Shown one piece after another: positions 37,362-46,137 of a stretch of 64,000 bases of DNA. The notes below the pieces were generated by a model. The model was not told where the DNA came from, did no database searches, and saw only the letters and a list, made by a program, of their open reading frames with translations. Where the stretch lies: NCBI GenBank assembly GCA_026004395.1, contig BPJB01000001.1:584910-648909 (forward strand). The letters are read 5' to 3'. The position numbers were made by a program, and so were the translations under genes. Origin of the DNA: Patescibacteria group bacterium. GTDB taxonomy: Bacteria; Patescibacteriota; Microgenomatia; Levybacterales; UBA12049. Position 1 is the first letter of the stretch; the number at the start of each line of letters is the position of its first letter.

Positions 37362-37940
37362 ATGAGAAAGTTTTTTCTGCTCACGACTTTCTTCACAACC
37401 GCACCTCTTTTATTTGCTCTCGTTTTAGTATTTTTACTCTTTATTACCTACCATAATTCATATCAAGGGACAATGACTCTAGGAGGAGAGAGAAAAGTAG
37501 CGTTTGCTGCTTTACCTAGTAATCAAAACATTTATGCAGTTTACGTTGCTCCTGCAGATGCGAGGGTTGAGCTTGTACGCCAATTTTTGGCTAAATACAA
37601 CTCCCCACTTGAGCCATATGCTGAGTATCTCGTTAAAAAAGCGCAAGAATATGGACTGGATTTTCGTCTCCTGCCGGCAATTGCTATGCAAGAGTCTAAC
37701 CTTTGCAAGAAAAATAGACCTGAATCACATAATTGCTGGGGATTTGGAATTTATGGGGGAAAATACACTTATTTTGACAGCTACCAACAAGCAATAGACA
37801 CAGTAGCCAAAACACTCTCGCTAAAATACAAAAACAAACATGGACTAGTCACACCTGAGGAAATTCAGAAAATGTACACACCATCCAATGATGGATCATG
37901 GGCATATAGCGTAAACCTCTTCATGGAAAAAATGCAGTAA
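37362..37940 (+). CDS. Membrane-anchored protein with a lysozyme-like (GH73 N-acetylglucosaminidase-like) domain. It is a paralog of 38252..38830.
   Basis: There is an N-terminal TM segment. AIAMQESNLCKKNRPESHNCWGFGIYG resembles the GH73 pattern A..ESgwG...NN.FGI. It shares the motifs YNSPL, YGLD, ES and WG.G.YG with the downstream paralog. Confidence 0.4.
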   Translation: MRKFFLLTTFFTTAPLLFALVLVFLLFITYHNSYQGTMTLGGERKVAFAALPSNQNIYAVYVAPADARVELVRQFLAKYNSPLEPYAEYLVKKAQEYGLDFRLLPAIAMQESNLCKKNRPESHNCWGFGIYGGKYTYFDSYQQAIDTVAKTLSLKYKNKHGLVTPEEIQKMYTPSNDGSWAYSVNLFMEKMQ

Positions 37941-38052
37941 AATAGACTCATAACATTTGTTATATTGATCACTTTTATTATTCAATAGTCAGTTATTGTC
38001 TACAAATTATTCAATTCAAAATGAACAAGCATTTTGTTGAATAACTCAATAC

Positions 38053-38081
38053 TTGACAAACCTATAGTTATTTGATATAAT
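38053..38081 (+). promoter_or_regulatory. Consensus sigma70 promoter: TTGACA, a 17-nt spacer, then the extended -10 TGaTATAAT.
   Basis: TTGACA is at 38053..38058 and TATAAT at 38076..38081, preceded by a TG at 38073..38074. Confidence 0.7.
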
Positions 38082-38087
38082 GCCGAG

Positions 38088-38168
38088 CTAGATCCTGAGG
38101 TTTGTATTCCAACACAGACGTCAGGATTCAAAAAATCCTAATGTCGAAAGACATTAGGATTTTTTTTG
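38088..38168 (+). ncRNA. Short structured leader or sRNA (about 80 nt): a hairpin followed by a strong intrinsic terminator, with attenuator-like alternative pairing. It lies upstream of the 38252 gene.
   Basis: Hairpin 1 is atcctga(22-nt loop)tcaggat. The terminator is aatcctaatgtc-GAAA-gacattaggatt followed by T8 (38134..38167). The 3' arm of hairpin 1 (caggatt) can alternatively pair with the 5' arm of the terminator (aatcct). Two more hairpins (38185..38250) precede the ATG at 38252. Confidence 0.45.
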
Positions 38169-38251
38169 TCATAAAACTCAATCCTTTAGAAACACCTTCG
38201 TTGTTGGGTGTTTCTAAAGGAGAGGCATTAATTTGTGCCTCTTGAGAATTT

Positions 38252-38830
38252 ATGAAAATAAAGCAATTTATTTTCTGCGTCGCTTTCTTACTCCTTATAG
38301 CGACATCTACCTCTAAAACAGTATACGCATTTAAGACATCCACGTCTTCTGCTCCGATAAAATCGGGGTCAGCTATCCTTGCCTTTGATACTCCTCAAGA
38401 TGAGGCAGACCATCGTGTGGAAATTCTTGAGGCTTTCCTCAGAAGTTACAACTCACCTCTTGCAGATGAAGCTCAAACATTTGTTGAAGAGGCGGATAAA
38501 TATGGTCTTGATTGGAAGCTTGTTGTTTCAATTTCAGGTGTAGAATCGTATTTTGGTCATCTTATACCTTATAATTCTTACAATGGATGGGGTTGGGGAG
38601 TTTATGGTAAAAACGTCATTTATTTTAACTCCTGGAAAGATGGGATCCAAACTATCTCCAGAGATCTTCGCGTAAAATATATCAACAAATGGGGTGCCTC
38701 AGATGTATTTAGTATTGGACGATATTACGCAGCAGATCCCCGCTGGGCACATAAAGTGACTTTCTTTATGAAAAAAATAGATCAGTTTGCACTCAACTAC
38801 AGACTGCAAAAGCTTCCTATCACTCTCTAA
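38252..38830 (+). CDS. Secreted lysozyme-like (GH73-like) domain protein. It is a paralog of 37362..37940.
   Basis: The N-terminus MKIKQFIFCVAFLLLIATSTSKTVYA is a signal peptide. SISGVESYFGHLIPYNSYNGWGWGVYG is the GH73-like motif. Confidence 0.4.
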   Translation: MKIKQFIFCVAFLLLIATSTSKTVYAFKTSTSSAPIKSGSAILAFDTPQDEADHRVEILEAFLRSYNSPLADEAQTFVEEADKYGLDWKLVVSISGVESYFGHLIPYNSYNGWGWGVYGKNVIYFNSWKDGIQTISRDLRVKYINKWGASDVFSIGRYYAADPRWAHKVTFFMKKIDQFALNYRLQKLPITL

Positions 38831-38876
38831 ATCGTATATAATTGATATCTAATCCAACAAATCACTCTTACGATAT

Positions 38877-38957
38877 GCCAGGATGGTGAAATGGTAGACA
38901 CGCATGGTTTAGGACCATGTGGGGCAACCCGTGGAGGTTCGAGTCCTCTTCCTGGCA
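38877..38957 (+). tRNA. tRNA-Leu (anticodon UAG), type II.
   Basis: GCCAGGA-TG-GTG-AAATGGTAGAC-AC-G-CATGG-TTTAGGA-CCATG-TGGGGCAACCC-GTGGAGG-TTCGAGT-CCTCT-TCCTGGC-A. Confidence 0.75.
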
Positions 38958-39112
38958 CACAGAAACTGTTTTTAACTTCTAAAACTGCTCTTGTATCTTG
39001 TATATTGAATATCAACAATTTTTAAACAGAAAAAATTAGCAATTATTACATTTTCTAAATAAATCACAACATAATCGACTTAACACTCCAAACATGATAT
39101 AATATTTCCACT

Positions 39113-39940
39113 ATGACTTCGACAATTCAGCGTGAAAATGACGGAACAATCAAACTAACAGTACATATTAGCTGGAATGAGATTAAAAAAACTCAGGAAG
39201 AGATCATGAACAAAGTAGCAAAAACAGCAAAAATACCAGGCTTCAGAGCAGGAAAAGCGCCTAAAAAGTTAGTAGAAGAATCAGCGGACAAACAAAAAAT
39301 TCAGGAAGAGGTCCTCAAACAACTCTTACCTCAAAAATATATAGAAGCAGTTCAGGAACACAATCTCAAACCTATTGTCAATCCTAAAATTCATGTTGAA
39401 AAGCTGGAAGACAACGCAGAGTGGATTTTTACAGCAACAACCTGCGAAATGCCAAAAGTTGAGCTCAATAATTACAAAGACGCTATCAAGGCCATTACTG
39501 CGAAAGCTAAAATCGTTGTTCCGGGCAAAGAACCCCAGGAACCAAAACTCGATGACATCCTGAATGCTTTAATTAAAAGTGTAAAAGTTACTATACCCAG
39601 CATGCTTATTGAACATGAAGTTGATAGACTTCTTTCACAATTATTGGATGAAATTAAAAGACTTGGACTTACACTCGATCAATATCTTGCATCTACAAAC
39701 AGAACTCCAGAAAAACTGCGTAAAGAATATGAGGAGAGAGCTAAAAATGACCTAATTTTAGAGTTTGCGCTTGCACAGATTGCCGAAGCAGAAAAAATTA
39801 CGGTTGATGCGCAAGAAATTGAAGAAGCTATTCAAAAAGCAAAAGACTCAAAAGAAAAAGAACATCTCCAAAATAATAGATATCTTTTAGCAAGTATTTT
39901 AAGACAGCAAAAGACGCTTGATTTCTTACGCAGTTTGTGA
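39113..39940 (+). CDS. tig: Trigger factor (short form lacking the PPIase domain).
   Basis: The N-terminal ribosome-binding signature IPGFRAGKAPKKLVEE (GFRxGxxP) is present. The 275-aa length corresponds to the N and C domains only. Confidence 0.65.
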   Translation: MTSTIQRENDGTIKLTVHISWNEIKKTQEEIMNKVAKTAKIPGFRAGKAPKKLVEESADKQKIQEEVLKQLLPQKYIEAVQEHNLKPIVNPKIHVEKLEDNAEWIFTATTCEMPKVELNNYKDAIKAITAKAKIVVPGKEPQEPKLDDILNALIKSVKVTIPSMLIEHEVDRLLSQLLDEIKRLGLTLDQYLASTNRTPEKLRKEYEERAKNDLILEFALAQIAEAEKITVDAQEIEEAIQKAKDSKEKEHLQNNRYLLASILRQQKTLDFLRSL

Positions 39941-39956
39941 TAGATTGCAGCCAAAT

Positions 39957-40640
39957 ATGGCAAGCACCAAACTCACAACGCTTCTAAAGCAACAAATTGC
40001 TGCAAATAACAATCATATCGAGACAGGAAAGTCTCGAGTCTCTGATATCCCTAAAGAATTTGTCCAAGAGGTCAAACAAAACGCAACGGCAATGACCAAT
40101 GATTTTTTTAATCAATTGTTAGGTATAGAAAATTTTATTACTACAAATACCTCTAAGCAAACTGAGGTTGAGATGAAGCCGGGTCAAGAATTTACTCTTA
40201 CACACAAATCAAAAGAATCCAATAAAAATAAAAGTGAACGCAAGGATGCAATTGCTCCTGCTATTAATTACCATGAACAAATAGCACGAAGCAGCGAACA
40301 GTCTAACAAAAAAGAGATTCGCGAAATACAATTTCAAATGCAACAAATAATGGATGAATTAAAACGTCTTGTTGATTCGTCACAGAAGATTATGCAAGTT
40401 CAGTATGCTGAGATAAGTGTTCAAAAAACGCCCCCAACGGTTGGCAAATATCATCTGAATTTTTTTTCATGGATGCTCTCTGTGATTAGTGATGCTCGCA
40501 GAAGAGTAGAGGATTCAGGCGCATGGCTTGCTGTCATGAGAAGCAAAAAAGGTAAAAAGGATTTCTGGAGTATCTTCAAAAAAAATGGTACATCCTTTAG
40601 TATGTCCAACGAGAGATTTGTGGCTATACAAACAGGTTAA
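39957..40640 (+). CDS. Hypothetical protein (start probably the ATG at 39957, MASTKL...).
   Basis: It is 228 aa and Lys/Gln-rich. No motif was recognised. The track ORF start at 39918 overlaps tig. Confidence 0.35.
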   Translation: MASTKLTTLLKQQIAANNNHIETGKSRVSDIPKEFVQEVKQNATAMTNDFFNQLLGIENFITTNTSKQTEVEMKPGQEFTLTHKSKESNKNKSERKDAIAPAINYHEQIARSSEQSNKKEIREIQFQMQQIMDELKRLVDSSQKIMQVQYAEISVQKTPPTVGKYHLNFFSWMLSVISDARRRVEDSGAWLAVMRSKKGKKDFWSIFKKNGTSFSMSNERFVAIQTG

Positions 40641-41269
40641 TTTATAGATCTTATTAAATGAAAACTTTCGTTCCATATTTGCATCTTCCATCCTTTAGCG
40701 GTTAATTCACAAAGAGAAATGCTAGCATGATCCATCTGAGAAAAGGTATCAAAGCGGGAGTATTCCTCTGCTGTAACGTACTTTCCCAGCGCCATGACTA
40801 AAAAAACCATTGTCAAAAAATGACTATGCGTCACAACCACAATATCTTTTTCTTGTCTTTGATTTAGGTATGACAGTGCATTTATTGCTCGTTTCTTAAC
40901 ATCGGTAAAGTTCTCTTCATCAGAGTAGTGCCATGCGGGGTAAGACCACTTTGCAAGAAGTAATTTTTGGATATTTTTTATCTTGGGATCATCAATACTT
41001 CTTCCCTCTAATTCTTTGGGTAATCTGACTTCTGTAAAAAGTTCATTAATCTCAACTTTCTTATTAGACGATTTGGCTATCTCCTCAGCTGTTTCTATTG
41101 CTCTTTCAAGAGGACTTGAGATTATCACATCAAATGAGATTTTAGAAAACTTCTCTGCAAGAATTAAAATATCTTGATACCCATCATCTGTCAAAGGAGA
41201 TTCAGGACGCTCATAAATATTATCACAATAATCCTGACTCTCACCATGTGTGACAAAATAAACTTTCAT
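40637..41269 (-). CDS. Histidine phosphatase (phosphoglycerate mutase-like) superfamily protein with a non-canonical catalytic motif.
   Basis: MKVYFVTHGESQDYCDN shows THG in place of the canonical RHG. The downstream PLERAIETAE and VVTHSHF motifs fit His phosphatase branch 1. Confidence 0.5.
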   Translation of the reverse strand: MKVYFVTHGESQDYCDNIYERPESPLTDDGYQDILILAEKFSKISFDVIISSPLERAIETAEEIAKSSNKKVEINELFTEVRLPKELEGRSIDDPKIKNIQKLLLAKWSYPAWHYSDEENFTDVKKRAINALSYLNQRQEKDIVVVTHSHFLTMVFLVMALGKYVTAEEYSRFDTFSQMDHASISLCELTAKGWKMQIWNESFHLIRSIN

Positions 41270-42235
41270 AACATTGTATATTATCACACATATTATCATT
41301 CATTCATCTTAGAAAATTAGACACCTCAAACTTTCAACAAAAAATAATATCGAATATATTTGAAATACAGTTCTGTGCCCCTCATCAGTGTCTTAATTAC
41401 CAACGCTGCTGGAGTAGTTTTAAGAGAGTTCTTTAAAATCTTACCTCTGTAGTCAGCCAGAACAAAACATTGCTATTGCAAGCATGAAATATTATATTCA
41501 GCATGATTTTGCAGTTGATAAACATGAGTAAACAGTCATTGCATGTATGATCTCTGTGTGAGGTTTTTTGTATGGGGGAGATTCTTACATACGAATCCAA
41601 AATAGTATTTCCCATACAGGAGGAAAAAATGCATTTTCCTGAACGGATAACTATATCTCATCAGCCGCTCCTGCCAGACGTCTGTACACCTGCAAAAGCA
41701 TCTAATATCCAACAATGTGGAGAAAAAATAAGAATTCGTTTTGGAGTTTGTGATATTGCTATCGCACAACTGAAAAGAAAATGAGCAATTAGTTACTTAT
41801 AATCTTTTAGGTATGTAGCGGTAAGGAATCTTATTAATGAAAAAATATATCCCAATAAACATAATTCAATAAATATAATCTTGTTTTGGCACATCTAGGT
41901 GTAAGCCCAAATGCTGCCTTTGACTGCCTCAGAAAACAACTCTCACAACAATATACAATCAGCGATATAGCACGCTCCTGATGATTTTTTTACAAGAGAA
42001 AATCAAAAGAAAGTAAATTATTTATATACCTACCTTCAATTCTTTGTTCAATATTCTCCTGATAAAAACTATATATAAATAGTAGACTTGATCTAAGAAG
42101 AAAAGATGATGTTGGTGAAATGCTCATTGATACAACAGGAGTAACATTCTTACGAAGAGAATCTCACTCTCCATCCCAAAATCATGTAGAATTCGTACCC
42201 ATACGACAGGCAAAGTAGAGATCACTTACAAATTC

Positions 42236-42264
42236 TTGACAGAAAATAACAATTTTAATAAAAT
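42236..42264 (+). promoter_or_regulatory. Sigma70-like promoter (TTGACA, 17 nt, TAAAAT) driving leader copy 1.
   Basis: TTGACA is at 42236..42241 and TAAAAT at 42259..42264. Confidence 0.55.
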
Positions 42265-42378
42265 TAAAAAGATGAGTACGAATCTTTACATTATGGTTTA
42301 CTTTATTGCTCTCCTTAGATGGGGCGGCAATCTGGTGACCATAAGGTAGAAGATACGTATAATAATCCAGAAAAGCCG

Positions 42379-42403
42379 CCTCCCAAAAAAGGGAGGTTTT
42401 TTT
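42379..42403 (+). terminator. Leader copy 1 hairpin: cctccc-aaaaaa-gggagg followed by T7. It contains the Shine-Dalgarno sequence and abuts the start codon.
   Basis: This is part of a 46-nt segment aaaagccgcctcccaaaaaagggaggtttttttatgatctatgaaa that is repeated with 1 mismatch at 45145..45190. The upstream ggggcggc (42321..42328) is complementary to the gccgcc of the 5' arm. Confidence 0.55.
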
Positions 42404-42410
42404 ATGATCT

Positions 42411-43943
42411 ATGAAAGAATTAGAGCAAAGATTACCAACTGAACATTTATCCTCTTATCATGATAGGATAGCTCAATCAGAAGCTAATAATTTTGATCAT
42501 GCTCGATTTACTGATGGGGAAGAAACAACGTCTATACCTCGTACTATTTATGACAGTCGCCTTTTTCTACATCGTTTAGAAGCTAATTCAATTTTAGACG
42601 AAGCTATACGAGAACCTGAAAGAATTCATTTAGGAGAAGTTGTGGATCGATGGGATATTGAGTCATCCCTAAGACCATTTCATACTCTTCCTGAATATCG
42701 CACAGAATATCCTCATACAGTAATTAATGCACTTGGAGAGTTATTCCAAGAGTACAATCAGGCTTTTGTACCACTCGTTGAGGCAAATAAAGAATGGGAG
42801 ACAGATTATCAATACACAAGATATGGGATAAATGGCGATCCCGTCAATCGCTGGGTACAGATAGATATGATTGGTCTGCCTCAAAGATTTTTAGATGCAG
42901 CTTCTCGTATGGATCAGAGTACCGTACGCGAAGTATTAAGACAGCGAATTTTTGAGATTGAAAATTCTCTTGCAATGTATCAATTACTAGAACGCATACA
43001 CTCAAGAGATGGAGAGTCTTCTCTTTTTGATAGAGTATTTCGATCTTCTCTGCAATCCTTAAGAGAACAATATGGAAAACCGATAGCTCTTTTAGCGCTC
43101 ACTGATCAAAAATACAACAGTATGAAAGCATCGGAATTTGGAAAATCAGAAGAGGAACAGATAACAGATGAAGAAGTAAAACGACTATCAGGATTTGATA
43201 GATTATTCGGTCCACAAGAGTTTTCGGAACATTTAGAAGAAAATGGGGGAGAGTGCGAATATTTGCTTTTTGTACGAGCTTCTGATCCCTTGGAGAAATT
43301 GAGAAAACCCAAAACCACATTTAGCATTCCTTTACTCGAAAATCCTGTTACAAGAAGAATTATCAAAGCCAATGCTATTACATTTAATATTGATCAGCCT
43401 GATGAACCTATTATGTCCATGAGGAGGATCAACGATACAAAAGCATATCTTCCAACAATGGGAATGGCATATAGGGCTGATACATTCGAAGATGTTTTTG
43501 AGGAGATAATCTATCGCAGTAATGATCCTGCATTAATAAAACTTAATCCCCAATTGCGAGAATATTTACGCTCACATGGGATAGATCAACAAAAACTTGA
43601 TTCTGGATATGTTTGCTTCCGTGCAAAGCCGATGTTAGGTTCATATGGCTGCTATGGGCATGTGACAGTTGATACCAGTAATGGAGAGACTCGAGGTGAG
43701 TTGCGCAAAGGTATTCGTGAGAGAGGACCATACGTTATTCAACCTGAGATGACAACACCTATCATTGTCAACGAATCAACAGGACAGACCTATACCTACA
43801 TTGATAGAGTTTTTTTTGCTACCGATGGTAGACATATCACATTTATGGGAGGATTTAGATCACTTATGCCACTTGATTCTATTGAAGCACAGAAAAAAAG
43901 AAATCATGGTAACCACTCAACAGTCTGGGCTGAGATTTATTAA
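42411..43943 (+). CDS. Hypothetical 510-aa protein. Its C-terminal region is weakly ATP-grasp-like.
   Basis: GYVCFRAKPMLGSYGCYGHVTV and DRVFFATDGRHITFMGGF resemble the ATP-grasp patterns vvvKP..Gs.G.GV and D.Rv.v..G. The call is weak. Its stop lies 5 nt before the M20 peptidase start. Confidence 0.45.
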   Translation: MKELEQRLPTEHLSSYHDRIAQSEANNFDHARFTDGEETTSIPRTIYDSRLFLHRLEANSILDEAIREPERIHLGEVVDRWDIESSLRPFHTLPEYRTEYPHTVINALGELFQEYNQAFVPLVEANKEWETDYQYTRYGINGDPVNRWVQIDMIGLPQRFLDAASRMDQSTVREVLRQRIFEIENSLAMYQLLERIHSRDGESSLFDRVFRSSLQSLREQYGKPIALLALTDQKYNSMKASEFGKSEEEQITDEEVKRLSGFDRLFGPQEFSEHLEENGGECEYLLFVRASDPLEKLRKPKTTFSIPLLENPVTRRIIKANAITFNIDQPDEPIMSMRRINDTKAYLPTMGMAYRADTFEDVFEEIIYRSNDPALIKLNPQLREYLRSHGIDQQKLDSGYVCFRAKPMLGSYGCYGHVTVDTSNGETRGELRKGIRERGPYVIQPEMTTPIIVNESTGQTYTYIDRVFFATDGRHITFMGGFRSLMPLDSIEAQKKRNHGNHSTVWAEIY

Positions 43944-43947
43944 GTAT

Positions 43948-45018
43948 ATGGAAAATAATATTCTATCCTTAACCAAAAAACTGATAGCTATTAAGTCCAC
44001 TCCGGATAACAACAAGGCATTAGAACAATGTCTTATGGAAGTTCTTACACAACTGAAAGGTTATACAGTTGAAATGTTTGAGAGTAATGGATATAAAAGT
44101 GCTCTGGTATATAACACTCCTAAAAGGCCTAAGAAATTTAAGATTATTTTAAATGGACATCTTGACATTATTCCCGGAAAAGAGAGTCAATACACACCCC
44201 AAATAAAAAATGGGAGACTATATGGAGTGGGAGCTATGGATATGAAAGCAAGTGTAGCTAGCTTTGTTGAGGTTTTTAAAGAGGTGGCTGATAAGATTAA
44301 TTATCCGTTGGGAATACAGCTTGTTACGGATGAGGAGATAGGAGGATTTAATGGAACAAAATATCAAATTGATAACGGTGTCCGAGCAGATTTTGTTATT
44401 GTTGGTGAAACGACCAATTTCAAAATTGAAAATGAAGCCAAAGGTATCATCTGGATGAAAATCTCATCCAATGGCAAAACAGCACATGGGGCATATCCTT
44501 GGATGGGGAAAAATGCTATCTGGAGAATGAATGATTTTCTCAATCTCCTATCAAAAAAATTCCCCCTTCCTACAAAAAAAGAATGGGTTACAACAGTCAA
44601 TCTTGCAAAAATTACAACCAACAATAATACTTTTAATAAAATTCCTGATCAATGTGAAATATGGCTGGATATTCGCTATATACCTGAGGATACAAAAACA
44701 GTTATCAAGGCAATAAAAGATATACTTCCTCAAGGATTTTCACTGCAGATAATAGTGAAAGAACCTGCTCAATTTGTAAAAAATGATAACTCATTTATAA
44801 GACAGCTGCAAAAAATAGGCAGAAAACACCTCTTAAAAAGCGTATCACTAAATCAAGGACAAGGATCATCAGATGCGAGACATTTTACAAGGGTCAAAAC
44901 AGATGCAGTTGAATTTGGGCCTTATGGTCACGGTATGGGAACTGACAATGAATGGATAGATGTTCAAAGTCTTAAGCAATATTCACATATTCTTAAAGAT
45001 TTTTTACTCAACAATTAA
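43948..45018 (+). CDS. M20-family metallopeptidase/amidohydrolase (ArgE/DapE-like). The start is at ATG 43948, not at the track ORF start 43765.
   Basis: NGHLDIIPGKESQ, GVGAMDMKASVASFVEVFK and the ...GETTN... metal-ligand blocks are typical of M20. Confidence 0.75.
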   Translation: MENNILSLTKKLIAIKSTPDNNKALEQCLMEVLTQLKGYTVEMFESNGYKSALVYNTPKRPKKFKIILNGHLDIIPGKESQYTPQIKNGRLYGVGAMDMKASVASFVEVFKEVADKINYPLGIQLVTDEEIGGFNGTKYQIDNGVRADFVIVGETTNFKIENEAKGIIWMKISSNGKTAHGAYPWMGKNAIWRMNDFLNLLSKKFPLPTKKEWVTTVNLAKITTNNNTFNKIPDQCEIWLDIRYIPEDTKTVIKAIKDILPQGFSLQIIVKEPAQFVKNDNSFIRQLQKIGRKHLLKSVSLNQGQGSSDARHFTRVKTDAVEFGPYGHGMGTDNEWIDVQSLKQYSHILKDFLLNN

Positions 45019-45020
45019 TA

Positions 45021-45048
45021 TTGACAAATATTTCTCTTAGGATAAAAT
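45021..45048 (+). promoter_or_regulatory. Sigma70-like promoter (TTGACA, 16 nt, TAAAAT) driving leader copy 2.
   Basis: TTGACA is at 45021..45026 and TAAAAT at 45043..45048, immediately after the M20 stop. Confidence 0.55.
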
Positions 45049-45150
45049 AAAAATATGGATAAGCTTTTCATTCGCAACGTTGTTATTTTCCTCCTTAAAG
45101 GAGGCGGTAATAACGTGGTGATATAACTTATCACCTAGAACAAAAAGCCG

Positions 45151-45175
45151 CCTCCCAAAAAAGGGAGGTTTTTTT
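45151..45175 (+). terminator. Leader copy 2 hairpin, identical to copy 1 (cctccc-aaaaaa-gggagg followed by T7).
   Basis: The upstream ggaggcgg (45101..45108) is complementary to ccgcctcc. An internal hairpin ggtgatataacttatcacc is present at 45117..45135. Confidence 0.55.
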
Positions 45176-45182
45176 ATGATTT

Positions 45183-45920
45183 ATGAAAATTTCGGAATCA
45201 ACCAATCATCAAAGCATTGATACTCGAACTCAGTCTAATAATCCTCTAATAAGAGAGGTTCATGTTGTTTTTGATGCACAACCTGAAGGAGATATTGATG
45301 AAAGTAGAAATGATTTTTCAAGAGAAAGAAAAATAGATATTATAAATCCAGACGGTTATCCCAAAAATATCTATATTGATCCGTATATCATCCAAGAAGC
45401 CACCAAAGAATGGGGTATAGGAGTGAAGCTGGAACTACCACGGAATGTCTTTCATGGAACACAACCTATGGAAGACTATAATCAAGCAACAAGAAGATAT
45501 ATAGAAAAACAATTACAAATCTATGGCAAAGCATACCTTCAGGAAAATCCGATCATTGTAATTGCACTACCAACTTTGATCAACGGTGGAGATGGAACAA
45601 AAGAATCAATAATTTTAGCAATCGGTGATGGTCACCATCGCTTTCGCTACTCAGGAGGGAAAAAAGAGTTTGAGTATCTACCTTCTATTGTCTTTACTCC
45701 GCTACAATACGCTGCTCTTTATAATTTAAACAAGGATCCAAGAGACAAGATTACACCTGAGGAGCTAGAATTGATTTTTATGCAACGTATAGCAGAAGCA
45801 AAACTATCCTTTGAAGCAAGTCTTACCGATAAATGCAAACCTCATCCTTTGCCTCTTTACGGGATACGCACAGTAGAAGAGCTACAAACTCTACTTGACA
45901 CACCTATTCATTCTGCTTAA
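45183..45920 (+). CDS. Hypothetical 245-aa protein with a ParB/sulfiredoxin-fold-like DGHHR motif.
   Basis: ILAIGDGHHRFRYSGG resembles the DGxHR motif of ParB-like nuclease/NTPase domains. The assignment is weak. Confidence 0.35.
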   Translation: MKISESTNHQSIDTRTQSNNPLIREVHVVFDAQPEGDIDESRNDFSRERKIDIINPDGYPKNIYIDPYIIQEATKEWGIGVKLELPRNVFHGTQPMEDYNQATRRYIEKQLQIYGKAYLQENPIIVIALPTLINGGDGTKESIILAIGDGHHRFRYSGGKKEFEYLPSIVFTPLQYAALYNLNKDPRDKITPEELELIFMQRIAEAKLSFEASLTDKCKPHPLPLYGIRTVEELQTLLDTPIHSA

Positions 45921-45968
45921 TATTGATTGTTCTTATTAAACTGCTATGATACAATTACCACAAACTTA

Positions 45969-46042
45969 GGGCGCATAGCTCAGCTGGTTAGAGCGTTGCA
46001 TTGACATTGCAAAGGTCTCTGGTTCGAGTCCAGATGTGCCCA
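45969..46042 (+). tRNA. tRNA-Val (anticodon GAC).
   Basis: GGGCGCA-TA-GCTC-AGCTGGTTA-GAGC-G-TTGCA-TTGACAT-TGCAA-AGGTC-TCTGG-TTCGAGT-CCAGA-TGTGCCC-A. Confidence 0.8.
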
Positions 46043-46137
46043 CAATTATTTAATATTGTATTCAAATAATAACATACTTCTAAAAGAGAACATCTCCTCA
46101 GCTTTACTTCCGTTTTGCTCTGTTCTAAAATGATTTT

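Noticed and set aside
42270-42410. T-box riboswitch identity for the repeated leaders, considered because they precede amino-acid biosynthesis genes and contain GGTGA-like strings.
   Set aside because: No AANNNGGGTGGNACCGCG T-box consensus is present and no Stem I specifier/GA-motif architecture is visible. The leaders (~140 nt) are too short for a canonical T-box.
43765-43947. An M20 peptidase start at ATG 43765 (417 aa).
   Set aside because: This N-terminal extension overlaps the last 180 nt of the upstream 510-aa gene. The M20 homology begins at MENNILSL (ATG 43948), 5 nt after the upstream stop.
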